DNA from: Gemmatimonadales bacterium
GTDB taxonomy: Bacteria; Gemmatimonadota; Gemmatimonadetes; Gemmatimonadales; GWC2-71-9
Length of the DNA: 38,921 bases
Direction: 5' to 3'
Assembly: GCA_039930805.1 (NCBI GenBank)
Contig: JBDTTD010000001.1
Span: forward strand, 1 to 38,921
Positions 7,666-17,674 of the stretch are shown here, in pieces. A model generated the notes under the pieces. It ran no database searches. It was not told the DNA's origin and worked only from the letters and a program-made list of their open reading frames with translations. The position numbers and the translations under genes are program-made. Numbering within the stretch: position 1 is the first letter of the stretch; every line of letters starts with the position of its first letter.

Positions 7666-7741
7666 CTATTTGGCTTTTGGCTAATACGTCCTATGACTGT
7701 GTCCGGGATAGCTCATAGCTGATAGCTAATTGCTCATAGCT
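7663..7741. repeat. AT-rich tandem heptamer array (NATAGCT x5, plus TAGCTAT/TTGGCTT/TTGGCTA) between convergent genes
   Basis: Read directly: 7707-7741 is GATAGCT CATAGCT GATAGCT AATTGCT CATAGCT, and 7663-7683 is TAGCTAT TTGGCTT TTGGCTA. My hand count gives about 43% G+C against about two-thirds for the window. It overlaps both flanking stop codons. Confidence 0.6.
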
Positions 7742-8142
7742 CACTTTCCCTTCCCCTTCCCTACCACGGCACCAGCCAGCTCGACCATCGTGCCCGCGCT
7801 GTCACTGGTAGGCCAGACCCGCACCCACAAGGGCCGGCCCTCCCGTTCGGCGTAGAGCGCCACTGAGCCGTCCGGTCGTTTTACATCACCCACCAGCCGC
7901 CATTCTCCCTCGCTCAGCTGTTTGCGATAGTACTCGGTGACCGCGTCGGCTTTGCCGGAACTGAACATGGTCAGCTGCAGTGCATCGGCGCTTCCGGCGC
8001 GAGACACGACCTTGGCGTCCGGAGGCATAGGGAGGCTGGGGAACACGGCGATTCCGTCCGGCAGCCTGGGCGGAGGGGCGTCCGAGCGGCAGCCGATCAA
8101 CAGGGCGCACACCGGGCTTAAAAAGCGGATTGGAAAAGGCAT
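7741..8142 (-). CDS. putative lipoprotein, hypothetical (133 aa)
   Basis: Only the last 133 codons of track ORF 7741..9039 look real. ATG at 8142: MPFPIRFLSPVCALLIGCRSD has a lipobox-like LIGC after a hydrophobic stretch. The rest of that ORF is antisense to yebC. Confidence 0.6.
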   Translation of the reverse strand: MPFPIRFLSPVCALLIGCRSDAPPPRLPDGIAVFPSLPMPPDAKVVSRAGSADALQLTMFSSGKADAVTEYYRKQLSEGEWRLVGDVKRPDGSVALYAEREGRPLWVRVWPTSDSAGTMVELAGAVVGKGKGK

Positions 8143-8262
8143 AGACGGTGAGCTTAGCGGCCCCGGTGCGTTGCCGCAAGCGGGTGCGGCCCTTATGTTT
8201 CCGCAGACCGCAGGGAAACCCGCATCACCAGGCAAACCTCCCGTTCCTGAAGGAGCTCGGCC

Positions 8263-9012
8263 ATGGCCGGCCATAGCAAATGGAAGCAGATCAAGCGCAA
8301 AAAGGCCATCACCGACGCCAAGCGCGCATCCTCCTGGACCAAGGTGATTCGGGAAATAACCGTCGCAGCCCGGGCCGGCGGTGGTGACCCGGCCGGCAAC
8401 CCACGGCTGCGTACCGCAATCGATGCGGCCAAAGCCGTCAACATGCCGGGCGAGAATATCGACCGTGGCATCAAGAAGGGCACTGGGGAGCTCGAGGGTC
8501 AGGTCTACGAAGAGCTGACCTACGAGGGCTACGGTCCCGGCGGAGCAGCGATCTTCATCGAGGCCACCACCGACAACCCCAACCGCACAGTGGCGGAGAT
8601 CCGCCACGCCTTCAGTCGGAACGGCGGCAACCTCGGCGCGACCAACTCGGTTGCCTGGATGTTCGACCGCAAAGGGCAGATCTATCTGGGGGCGGCGCGG
8701 CATGACGAGGATAGCACGCTGGAGGCAGCCCTCGACAGCGGCGCGGAAGACCTCTCCCGCGAAGGCGACCAGTACCTTGTGACCACCACACCGCCGACCT
8801 TTCACGCGGTGCAGGACGCGCTGCGGAGCCGGGGCTTTCAGATCGAATCTGCCGAGCTCACCATGGTGCCGCGGAATACCGTGCGGGTCGAGGGCGCGGA
8901 CGCCGAGCGTATCCTCCGGTTGATGGAGGTACTGGAGGAGCTCGAAGACGTCTCCAGGGTTTCTTCCAACTTCGACATCGACGCATCTCAACTGGCCGAG
9001 GCGGAAGCCTGA
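8263..9012 (+). CDS. yebC: YebC/PmpR-family DNA-binding transcriptional regulator
   Basis: MAGHSKWKQIKRKKAITDAKRASSWTKVIREITVAARAGGGDPAGNPRLRTAIDAAKAVNMP is the canonical YebC N-terminus. 249 aa. Confidence 0.95.
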   Translation: MAGHSKWKQIKRKKAITDAKRASSWTKVIREITVAARAGGGDPAGNPRLRTAIDAAKAVNMPGENIDRGIKKGTGELEGQVYEELTYEGYGPGGAAIFIEATTDNPNRTVAEIRHAFSRNGGNLGATNSVAWMFDRKGQIYLGAARHDEDSTLEAALDSGAEDLSREGDQYLVTTTPPTFHAVQDALRSRGFQIESAELTMVPRNTVRVEGADAERILRLMEVLEELEDVSRVSSNFDIDASQLAEAEA

Positions 9013-9022
9013 GGCTGGACCG

Positions 9023-9535
9023 TTGAGGGTGCTCGGCATCGATCCGGGAACGGCCGTGATGGGCTACGGCGTCGTGGAGAGCGGGCCGGCGCGGCAGTCT
9101 CGATTGGTCGAGTGCGGAACGCTCACGACCGGGGCGCGGGATCCACTCCCGGCCCGGCTCCGGATCCTGCACGACGGAGTTGCCGCCCTCATCGCCCGGC
9201 ACACGCCTGAGGCCATCGCCGTGGAGAGCGCCTTCTACGGCAAGAATGTCCGCACCGCCGTGGTGCTGAGCCATGCCCGCGGGGTGATCCTGCTGGCCGC
9301 GGAGATGGCCGGCATCGAGATCGCCGAGTACTCCCCTGCTCTGATCAAGAAGACCATCGTCGGCCGGGGCGCGGCGTTGAAGCCGCAGGTGGGATACATG
9401 GTGGCGCAGTTGCTGCGGCTCAAGGCGCCGCCCAGCCCCGACGACGCAGCCGATGGCGTCGCGGTCGCCCTGACCCACCTGCTGATCGCATTGAACCGGA
9501 TCGCCCTGGCCCGTCAGATCGCGGGCATGGGATGA
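9023..9535 (+). CDS. ruvC: crossover junction endodeoxyribonuclease RuvC
   Basis: TTG start. RVLGIDPGTAVMGYGVV..., ESAFYGKNVRTAVVLSHARG and DAADGVAVALTH are RuvC motifs. 170 aa. Confidence 0.9.
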   Translation: MRVLGIDPGTAVMGYGVVESGPARQSRLVECGTLTTGARDPLPARLRILHDGVAALIARHTPEAIAVESAFYGKNVRTAVVLSHARGVILLAAEMAGIEIAEYSPALIKKTIVGRGAALKPQVGYMVAQLLRLKAPPSPDDAADGVAVALTHLLIALNRIALARQIAGMG

Positions 9536-10137
9536 TAGCCACCGTGACGGGCGTCATCGCCGAGCGCCATGGCGAGACGCTCGTCGTGCAGACGGACGGC
9601 GGAGTGGGCTACCTGGTGACCGTGCCGGTCGGAGTGGCCGTCCGCCTCCCACCGCGAGGGGCCCGGGTCAGCCTCTTCACCGAACTGGTGGTGAAAGAGG
9701 ACGGGTGGTCCCTGTATGGCTTCGACACCGGGATCGAACGGCAGGTCTTTCAGCGCCTTCTCGGGGCCAGCGGCTTCGGCCCCCGGCTGGCCCTCTCCCT
9801 TCTGTCGTCGCTCGGACCGGAGCGCACCGTCCGCAGCATCCTGGCGCGCGACCTCGCGGCGTTGAGCTCGGTGAGTGGCATCGGCCGCAAGAAGGCGGAG
9901 CGGCTGGTGCTCGAGCTGCAGGACAAATTCAGCGATGTAGTGGTCGACCCGGCGGGCACGCGGGTCGCCGGGTCGGAAGAAGCAGTGCAGGCACTCCTGG
10001 GTCTGGGCTACGGTGTGGCGGCGGCCGACGACGCCGTCCGGGCTGCCCTCGCGGAGGGCACTCCGGCCGAGACGCCACAGCTCATCCGGCGCGCCCTTCA
10101 ACAGCTGGCTGCCACACGCGGAGGGACGGAACGATGA
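9532..10137 (+). CDS. ruvA: Holliday junction branch migration complex subunit RuvA
   Basis: [64 protein letters not shown] and [15 protein letters not shown] (HhH motifs). Its start overlaps the ruvC stop as ATGA. Confidence 0.9.
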   Translation: MIATVTGVIAERHGETLVVQTDGGVGYLVTVPVGVAVRLPPRGARVSLFTELVVKEDGWSLYGFDTGIERQVFQRLLGASGFGPRLALSLLSSLGPERTVRSILARDLAALSSVSGIGRKKAERLVLELQDKFSDVVVDPAGTRVAGSEEAVQALLGLGYGVAAADDAVRAALAEGTPAETPQLIRRALQQLAATRGGTER

Positions 10138-10310
10138 GCACAGCCGCCACCACGGCCGAATGGAACTGCACTCGCTGCGGTGCCACCAACCGCAAGCTGG
10201 TCGCCCTCAGCACCCGGCAGACGAACGACCGGTGCGTCACCTGCCACACCCGCCATGTGGTGGAACCGGACGCACGGCCGGTCCGGTGGAAGGCGAGGTT
10301 GGAGAAGTGA
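10134..10310 (+). CDS. small zinc-ribbon protein (58 aa), hypothetical
   Basis: This is the tail of track ORF 9705..10310. The ATG at 10134 overlaps the ruvA stop as [62 protein letters not shown] has CxxC-x17-CxxC. Third-codon positions are strongly G/C by my reading, consistent with coding. Confidence 0.55.
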   Translation: MSTAATTAEWNCTRCGATNRKLVALSTRQTNDRCVTCHTRHVVEPDARPVRWKARLEK

Positions 10311-10342
10311 CGGGTCCCGTCCTTCCCGCTTACCTTGTACCC

Positions 10343-11368
10343 ATGACCCGACTCCAGGTAACCACCCCCGAAGCCCTGCCCGAGGAGACCAGCGCCGATG
10401 CGGCGCTCCGGCCTTCCCGGCTGGACGAGTTCGTCGGCCAGAGCCAGGTCAAAGCATCCTTGCAGATCGCGATCGATGCTGCGAGGGCCCGGCGGGAGAC
10501 GCTCGACCACACCCTGTTCTTCGGCCCGCCGGGGTTGGGCAAGACCACACTCGCGATGCTCATGGCCCGGGAGATGGGTGTTCAGCTCCGCACCACCTCG
10601 GGTCCAGTCCTGGAGAAGGCGGGTGACCTCGTCGGCCTGCTCACGTCGCTCAAGGCGGGCGACATGCTGTTCATCGATGAGATTCACCGGATGAAGCCGG
10701 CGCTGGAAGAGTTCCTCTACTCCGCCATGGAGGACTTCCGCATCGATGTGCGGATCGGGGATGGGCCCAATGCCCAGACCATTCCGATGACGCTGGAAAA
10801 GTTCACCCTGATCGGCGCGACTACACGGTTCGGGCTGCTGACACCGCCAATGCGGGCACGTTTCGGAATTGTCGAACGACTGGGCTTCTACCCGGCCGAG
10901 GACCTCCAGCGCATCGTGACCCGCTCAGCTGCCATACTCGGCGTGCCGGTCGATGTCGAAGGGACCGCGGAAATCGCGCGACGCAGCCGGGGAACCCCGC
11001 GCGTGGCCAACCGGCTGCTGCGCCGGGTCCGCGACTACGCCGAGGTAAAGGCGGACGGGCGAATCTCCGGAGCGGTCGCTAATGCGGCGCTCGGGAGGCT
11101 CAATGTGGACGAGTTCGGCCTGGACGATATGGATGCGAGGATCCTCACCACCATCATCGAGAAGTTCGGTGGCGGTCCGGTCGGCCTCGGGACGGTGGCG
11201 GTGGCGGTCGGTGAAGACGCCGGCACCCTCCAGGACGTGTACGAGCCGTATCTCATCCAGCAAGGATTCCTGGAGCGCACCCAGCGCGGACGCTGCGCCA
11301 CTGCGCTGGCCTACCGTCGCTTTGGTCTCACACCCCCGCCGGCACAGGCAACGATCTTTGACGCCTGA
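10343..11368 (+). CDS. ruvB: Holliday junction branch migration DNA helicase RuvB
   Basis: Internal ATG at 10343 of track ORF 10013..11368. [59 protein letters not shown] and [16 protein letters not shown]. Confidence 0.95.
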   Translation: MTRLQVTTPEALPEETSADAALRPSRLDEFVGQSQVKASLQIAIDAARARRETLDHTLFFGPPGLGKTTLAMLMAREMGVQLRTTSGPVLEKAGDLVGLLTSLKAGDMLFIDEIHRMKPALEEFLYSAMEDFRIDVRIGDGPNAQTIPMTLEKFTLIGATTRFGLLTPPMRARFGIVERLGFYPAEDLQRIVTRSAAILGVPVDVEGTAEIARRSRGTPRVANRLLRRVRDYAEVKADGRISGAVANAALGRLNVDEFGLDDMDARILTTIIEKFGGGPVGLGTVAVAVGEDAGTLQDVYEPYLIQQGFLERTQRGRCATALAYRRFGLTPPPAQATIFDA

Positions 11369-12491
11369 GCGGCTCCGCACCACCGACTTCGAATACGAGC
11401 TTCCGCCCGAGCTCATCGCCCAGGAGCCGCTGACCGATCGGTCCGGAAGCAGACTCCTGGTCCTGCTCCGTGGCGATCGCCGCGTTGGGCCGCATGACCG
11501 TCGACACGCCCCCAGGATGGGGGTACTGCCGCGGCGGGTGAGCCAGCTGGGCGAGCGAGTCCCTATCGGAGCATCGGCGTTAGTGGACTCCCTGTTCACC
11601 GAGCTGCCATCACTCATCCCTCCCGGCGACCTTCTGGTGCTGAACACCACGAAGGTCCGGCACGCCCGACTGCTCGGCAAGCGATCCTCGGGTGCGGCCG
11701 CAGAAGTCCTCCTGATTCACCCCGGAACCGCGGATACCTGGATTGCAATGGGGACGCCGGGGACCGCACTTCAGCCGGGCAAGCGGATCGAGCTCGCCCC
11801 TGACGCCTGGGTCGAGACGGTGGAGGTCCTGCCCGATGGAAACCGGCTGGTTCGCTTTGTTGGGGTGACGGCGGAGGACGCTATCGAGCGATATGGCCGG
11901 CTGCCGCTGCCGCCCTACATCAACCGTCCCCCCACCAAGCTCGACGAGAGCCGCTACCAGACCGTCTACGCCCGGGACGAAGGGAGCGTGGCTGCGCCAA
12001 CGGCGGGCCTTCACTTTACGACCGCTTTACTCGACAACCTTTCGGCAGCCGGCGTGGTGGTGGCGGGCCTCGATCTGGAAATCGGCCCCGGCACCTTCAA
12101 GCCGGTAGAGGTCGAGGATCCGTCCCGGCATGTCATGCACCCGGAGGCATATGAGATCCCTTCTCGCCTGGCCGCACTGGTGGAGCGGGTCCGGGAGGAC
12201 GGGGGCCGGGTGTGGGCCGTGGGCACAACCGTCGCGCGCGCACTCGAGAGCGCCGCCCGGGAAGGGGGTACCATCGCCGCGGGCCGGGCGGAGACCAGCT
12301 TGATGATCACGCCGGGCTATAGTTTTCAAGTGGTGGACCGGCTGGTGACCAACTTCCACCTCCCCCGTTCAACATTGCTGATGCTGGTGAGTGCCTTTGC
12401 CGGTCACGACCTCACCCTGGCCGCATATCGGTACGCCGTCGCACAGCGCTACCGGTTCTACTCCTATGGCGACGCTATGGTAGTCATGTGA
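11358..12491 (+). CDS. queA: tRNA preQ1(34) S-adenosylmethionine ribosyltransferase-isomerase QueA
   Basis: Probable TTG start at 11358, in the frame of track ORF 11082..12491. [68 protein letters not shown] and [12 protein letters not shown]. The start is uncertain. Confidence 0.88.
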   Translation: MTPERLRTTDFEYELPPELIAQEPLTDRSGSRLLVLLRGDRRVGPHDRRHAPRMGVLPRRVSQLGERVPIGASALVDSLFTELPSLIPPGDLLVLNTTKVRHARLLGKRSSGAAAEVLLIHPGTADTWIAMGTPGTALQPGKRIELAPDAWVETVEVLPDGNRLVRFVGVTAEDAIERYGRLPLPPYINRPPTKLDESRYQTVYARDEGSVAAPTAGLHFTTALLDNLSAAGVVVAGLDLEIGPGTFKPVEVEDPSRHVMHPEAYEIPSRLAALVERVREDGGRVWAVGTTVARALESAAREGGTIAAGRAETSLMITPGYSFQVVDRLVTNFHLPRSTLLMLVSAFAGHDLTLAAYRYAVAQRYRFYSYGDAMVVM

Positions 12492-12501
12492 CCTGGAGGC
12501 G

Positions 12502-14204
<1,703 letters not shown>

Positions 14205-14211
14205 GGCACCC

Positions 14212-14568
14212 GTGAATCCGTCATTTCTGGCAACACTGATCCAGGGACAGAGCGGCAGCACTGGAGGGCTTTCTGTTCTGGTCCTCCAGATGGCCGCCAT
14301 CGGTCTGGTCTTCTATTTCCTCATTCTGCGCCCGTCGGGACAAGCCAGGAAGCGGCACGCGGAGCTGCTGGCCAAGCTCAAGAAGGGAGACGAGGTCATG
14401 ACCGGCGGTGGGATCATTGGCCGGGTGAAGGACATCAAGGAAGTCGAAAATGACGGCGCCAAGGAGGTGCGGGTGACCGTGGAGAGCGGGACCGCCACCG
14501 TGGTGGTCGAGCGCTCGCGGATCGTCCGGGTGGGTAACTCGGCCGCGTCGGGTACCACGCCGACATGA
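14212..14568 (+). CDS. yajC: preprotein translocase subunit YajC
   Basis: Track ORF 14188..14568. I prefer GTG at 14212, after the tgt stop. It has a single TM helix (LVLQMAAIGLVFYFLILRP), then QARKRHAELLAKLKKGDEVMTGGGIIGRV. The start is uncertain. Confidence 0.85.
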   Translation: MNPSFLATLIQGQSGSTGGLSVLVLQMAAIGLVFYFLILRPSGQARKRHAELLAKLKKGDEVMTGGGIIGRVKDIKEVENDGAKEVRVTVESGTATVVVERSRIVRVGNSAASGTTPT

Positions 14569-15101
14569 GTCCGCGCTCGCTCCACCTGCTCGGCTCGCCC
14601 GTACTCCGGCTGCATAGCGCAGAAGTGAAGACTGTCGATGACGAGGTGCGCCGGCTGGTGGCCGACCTGTTCGAGACGATGGACGCGGCCAAGGGCGTCG
14701 GGCTTGCCGCCAACCAGGTCGGCGTCGCCCGCCGGGTGGCGGTGGTGGACGCGGACGGAGAACGGTTCGTGATGATCGACCCCACCATTCTCGAGACCGA
14801 AGGTCGCTCCACGGCAGAGGAGGGGTGTCTGTCGATTCCGGAGATCTACGGGGATGTGACCCGTCCGGAGCGGGTCGTCATCGAAGCCCTGGATCTGGAT
14901 GGGACCCGCTACAAGAAGGAGGCGATGGGCCTCAAGGCGCGGGCCATCCAGCATGAGATAGACCACCTCGACGGCATCCTGTTTCTCGATCATCTCAGCC
15001 TGCTCAAGCGCGGCATGCTGCTCGCCCGCTGGCGTCGAGAGCACAAGGACGACAGCGGCTACACCAAGGAGGTCCAGGCGGCGTCTGCCGGGTCCGAGTA
15101 A
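14565..15101 (+). CDS. def: peptide deformylase
   Basis: All three signature motifs are present: GVGLAANQVG, EGCLSIPE and HEIDHLDG. Confidence 0.95.
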   Translation: MSPRSLHLLGSPVLRLHSAEVKTVDDEVRRLVADLFETMDAAKGVGLAANQVGVARRVAVVDADGERFVMIDPTILETEGRSTAEEGCLSIPEIYGDVTRPERVVIEALDLDGTRYKKEAMGLKARAIQHEIDHLDGILFLDHLSLLKRGMLLARWRREHKDDSGYTKEVQAASAGSE

Positions 15102-16024
15102 TGAGGATCGTCTTCTTCGGAACGCCGGTCTTTGCCGTGGCCTCGTTGCAGGCGCTGCTCCACGATCGCTTCACCGTGGCCGGTGTGGTCACCCAACCGG
15201 ATAAGCCGCAGGGCCGGTCCCGTTCCGAGCTGATTCCTCCTCCCGTCAAAGTCGCGGCCCTCGCCGCGGGAATCCCCGTTCTCCAGCCGGTACGCCCGGT
15301 GGGCGACGTCTTCGCCGCCAGCCTTCGGCGGCTCGAGCCCGACCTTGGCGTGGTAGTGGCGTACGGACACATACTACGGCCCGAAGTTCTGTCGGTCCCG
15401 CCTCGCGGCATGATCAACGTCCACGCGTCACTCCTTCCCCGCCACCGCGGCGCAGCGCCGATTCAGCACGCCATCCTCGCCGGCGACCGGGACACCGGCA
15501 TCAGCATCATGCAGATGGAGGAGGGACTGGATAGCGGACCGGTGCTGCATCAGGTGGTGACACCGATCGGCCCCGACGAGACGGCGGGACAACTGGCCGG
15601 CCGGCTGGCCGAGATTGGCGCGGCCGCGCTGGCCGAGGCGATCTCCCTTCGCTCCGGCGGGATCGCCCGGCCCGCGCCGCAGGATCACACCCAGGCCACC
15701 TATGCTCCCAAGCTCGACCGCGAGCAGGCCCGCCTGGTATGGCAACGGGACTCGGCAGCGCTGGTGCGGCAGATCCGCGCCTTCGACCCCTCACCGGGCG
15801 CCTGGACCGAGTTGGAAGGCAATACCTTGAAGCTCTTCGGTGCCCAGGCGGCGCCGGGCTCGGGTGAGCCGGGAACCGTTCTCGAGATTGGCGGGCGTCT
15901 GGTAATCGCGGCGGGCAGCGGCGCCGTGGCCGTCTCCGAGGTACAGCCGGCCGGCAAGACCCGGATACCAGTCGAGGCCTGGTTTCGAGGTCGCGGAGCG
16001 GCGCCCGGCCAGCGGCTCACATGA
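15101..16024 (+). CDS. fmt: methionyl-tRNA formyltransferase
   Basis: MRIVFFGTPVFAVASLQALL, VVTQPDKPQGRS, INVHASLLPRHRGAAPIQ and a C-terminal EVQPAGK domain. Confidence 0.95.
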   Translation: MRIVFFGTPVFAVASLQALLHDRFTVAGVVTQPDKPQGRSRSELIPPPVKVAALAAGIPVLQPVRPVGDVFAASLRRLEPDLGVVVAYGHILRPEVLSVPPRGMINVHASLLPRHRGAAPIQHAILAGDRDTGISIMQMEEGLDSGPVLHQVVTPIGPDETAGQLAGRLAEIGAAALAEAISLRSGGIARPAPQDHTQATYAPKLDREQARLVWQRDSAALVRQIRAFDPSPGAWTELEGNTLKLFGAQAAPGSGEPGTVLEIGGRLVIAAGSGAVAVSEVQPAGKTRIPVEAWFRGRGAAPGQRLT

Positions 16025-16644
16025 GACCGCTGCCGCGGGTGCACGCCTTCACCGATCAGGAGATCATGTCCGCCCCGGACTTCGGCATCAGGGCGGCCGC
16101 GATTGCCGCCGCAGGTGCCGCCGTCGCGCTGCACGCCCGCGACCGCGAGGGGCCCGGGGCTCGCCTTGCTGCTTCCACGCTGCGGATGGTGGCCCTCGCC
16201 CGTCCACCCGAAGCGGCGGTGTTCGTGAGCGGGCGGCCCGATATCGCCGCGGCCAGTGGAGCCCATGGGGTGCAGCTGGCAGCCGGCGACCTCACACCCG
16301 CCGACGCCCGGCGAGTGCTGCCGCTTGGCTGGATCGGGCGGTCGGTTCACTCTCTCGATGAGGCGAGGGCGGCAGTGGAGGAGGGGGCTGATTTTCTGGT
16401 GCTGGGCAGCATCTACCAAACGCCCACGCACCCTGGCCGGGAGCCCGTGGGCACCCGCGTATTGGGCGATGTCTCGGCCCTGGGGCGCCCGGTGATTGGC
16501 ATCGGCGGCATCACCCCGGAGCGAGTCCCGGAGCTGAAGGCAGCGGGGGCCTACGGAGTGGCGGCCATCAGGGCGCTCTGGCACGCGGATGATCCCGCCG
16601 CCGCCACGCTCTCCATGCTGGCGCCATGGGTGGAGGACAGATGA
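16021..16644 (+). CDS. thiE: thiamine-phosphate synthase
   Basis: 207 aa. VHAFTDQ, VALHARD, GVQLAAGDL, SVHSLDEA, ADFLVLGSIYQTPTHPG and IGIGGIT. Its start overlaps the fmt stop (ATGA). Confidence 0.85.
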   Translation: MRPLPRVHAFTDQEIMSAPDFGIRAAAIAAAGAAVALHARDREGPGARLAASTLRMVALARPPEAAVFVSGRPDIAAASGAHGVQLAAGDLTPADARRVLPLGWIGRSVHSLDEARAAVEEGADFLVLGSIYQTPTHPGREPVGTRVLGDVSALGRPVIGIGGITPERVPELKAAGAYGVAAIRALWHADDPAAATLSMLAPWVEDR

Positions 16645-16850
16645 GCGAGATCGAGATTATGGTAAATGGCGAGCCGCGGCTGGTTCCCGGACCCGCCTCG
16701 GCAGCCGACCTGCTGCGCCACCTTGGACTAGATCCCCGCACAGTGGTGGTGGAGCTGAATCGCAAGATTGTGCGTCGGCCTCAGCTGGGCCACACTCCCC
16801 TGGCCGAGGGTGACGCAGTGGAGCTGGTACACTTTGTAGGGGGAGGATGA
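16641..16850 (+). CDS. thiS: sulfur carrier protein ThiS
   Basis: 69 aa from ATG 16641, which overlaps the thiE stop as ATGA. MSEIEIMVNGEPRLV...DAVELVHFVGGG has the diagnostic C-terminal GG. Confidence 0.85.
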   Translation: MSEIEIMVNGEPRLVPGPASAADLLRHLGLDPRTVVVELNRKIVRRPQLGHTPLAEGDAVELVHFVGGG

Positions 16851-17665
16851 CTTATCTTTCCTCCATGACCACCGTCCAGACCGAACCCACCATCGACTCC
16901 CCCCTCACCATCGGCGGCCGGGCCTTCCGCTCCCGTCTCATGGTGGGCACGGGAAAGTACCGCGACAACGGCGACATGGTGCGCGCCATCGAGGCTTCCG
17001 GCGCCGAGATAGTGACCGTGGCGGTGCGGCGAGTAGATCTGGACCGGACCAAGGACCAGGGGATTCTCTATCACCTGAGCCCCGACCAGTACTTCCTCCT
17101 GGCGAACACGGCCGGATGTTACACCGCCGACGAAGCGGTGCGATACGCGCGGCTCGCGCGTGAGGCAGGCTTTAATGAGTTCGTCAAGCTCGAGGTCATC
17201 GGGGACCGCGAGACACTGCTTCCGGACACCGAGGGTCTGTTGATCGCGGCCCGCGAGCTCGCCGGCGAGGGCTTCAAGGTGCTGGCCTACACCAACGACG
17301 ATCTGATTACCGCGCTGCGGCTGGAGGACGCGGGGTGTGCGGCGGTAATGCCCCTGGCCTCACCCATCGGCAGCGGCCTCGGATTGCTCAACCCTTACGG
17401 GATTCGCACGATCAAACGGCGCCTCTCGGTGCCGGTCATCGTCGATGCCGGAGTCGGCACCGCGTCGGATGCGTGTCTCACCATGGAGCAAGGCGTGGAC
17501 GGAATTCTCATGAACACCGCGCTCGCCGAGGCCCGGAATCCGGTCGCCATGGCCACGGCCATGCGCCTCGCGGTGGAAGCCGGGCGGCAAGCGTTCCTCG
17601 CGGGCCGCATGCCTCGGCGCGAGGTAGCTATGCCGTCTACGCCGAACGCGGGAATGTTGGAGTAG
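16847..17665 (+). CDS. thiG: thiazole synthase
   Basis: LTIGGRAFRSRLMVGTGKY, VTVAVRR, LANTAGC, VKLEVIGD, VMPLASPIGSG and VIVDAGVGTASDA. Confidence 0.95.
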   Translation: MTYLSSMTTVQTEPTIDSPLTIGGRAFRSRLMVGTGKYRDNGDMVRAIEASGAEIVTVAVRRVDLDRTKDQGILYHLSPDQYFLLANTAGCYTADEAVRYARLAREAGFNEFVKLEVIGDRETLLPDTEGLLIAARELAGEGFKVLAYTNDDLITALRLEDAGCAAVMPLASPIGSGLGLLNPYGIRTIKRRLSVPVIVDAGVGTASDACLTMEQGVDGILMNTALAEARNPVAMATAMRLAVEAGRQAFLAGRMPRREVAMPSTPNAGMLE

Positions 17666-17674
17666 AAAATTATC

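Noticed and set aside
5209-7741. CRISPR array, given the several short tandem repeats
   Set aside because: The repeat units are 7-8 nt and contiguous, with no 25-40-nt repeats separated by unique spacers. No cas genes are present.
8143-9039. N-terminal 299 codons of track ORF 7741..9039 (432 aa)
   Set aside because: This part is antisense to the unambiguous yebC gene. The internal ATG at 8142 yields a sensible signal peptide plus lipobox.
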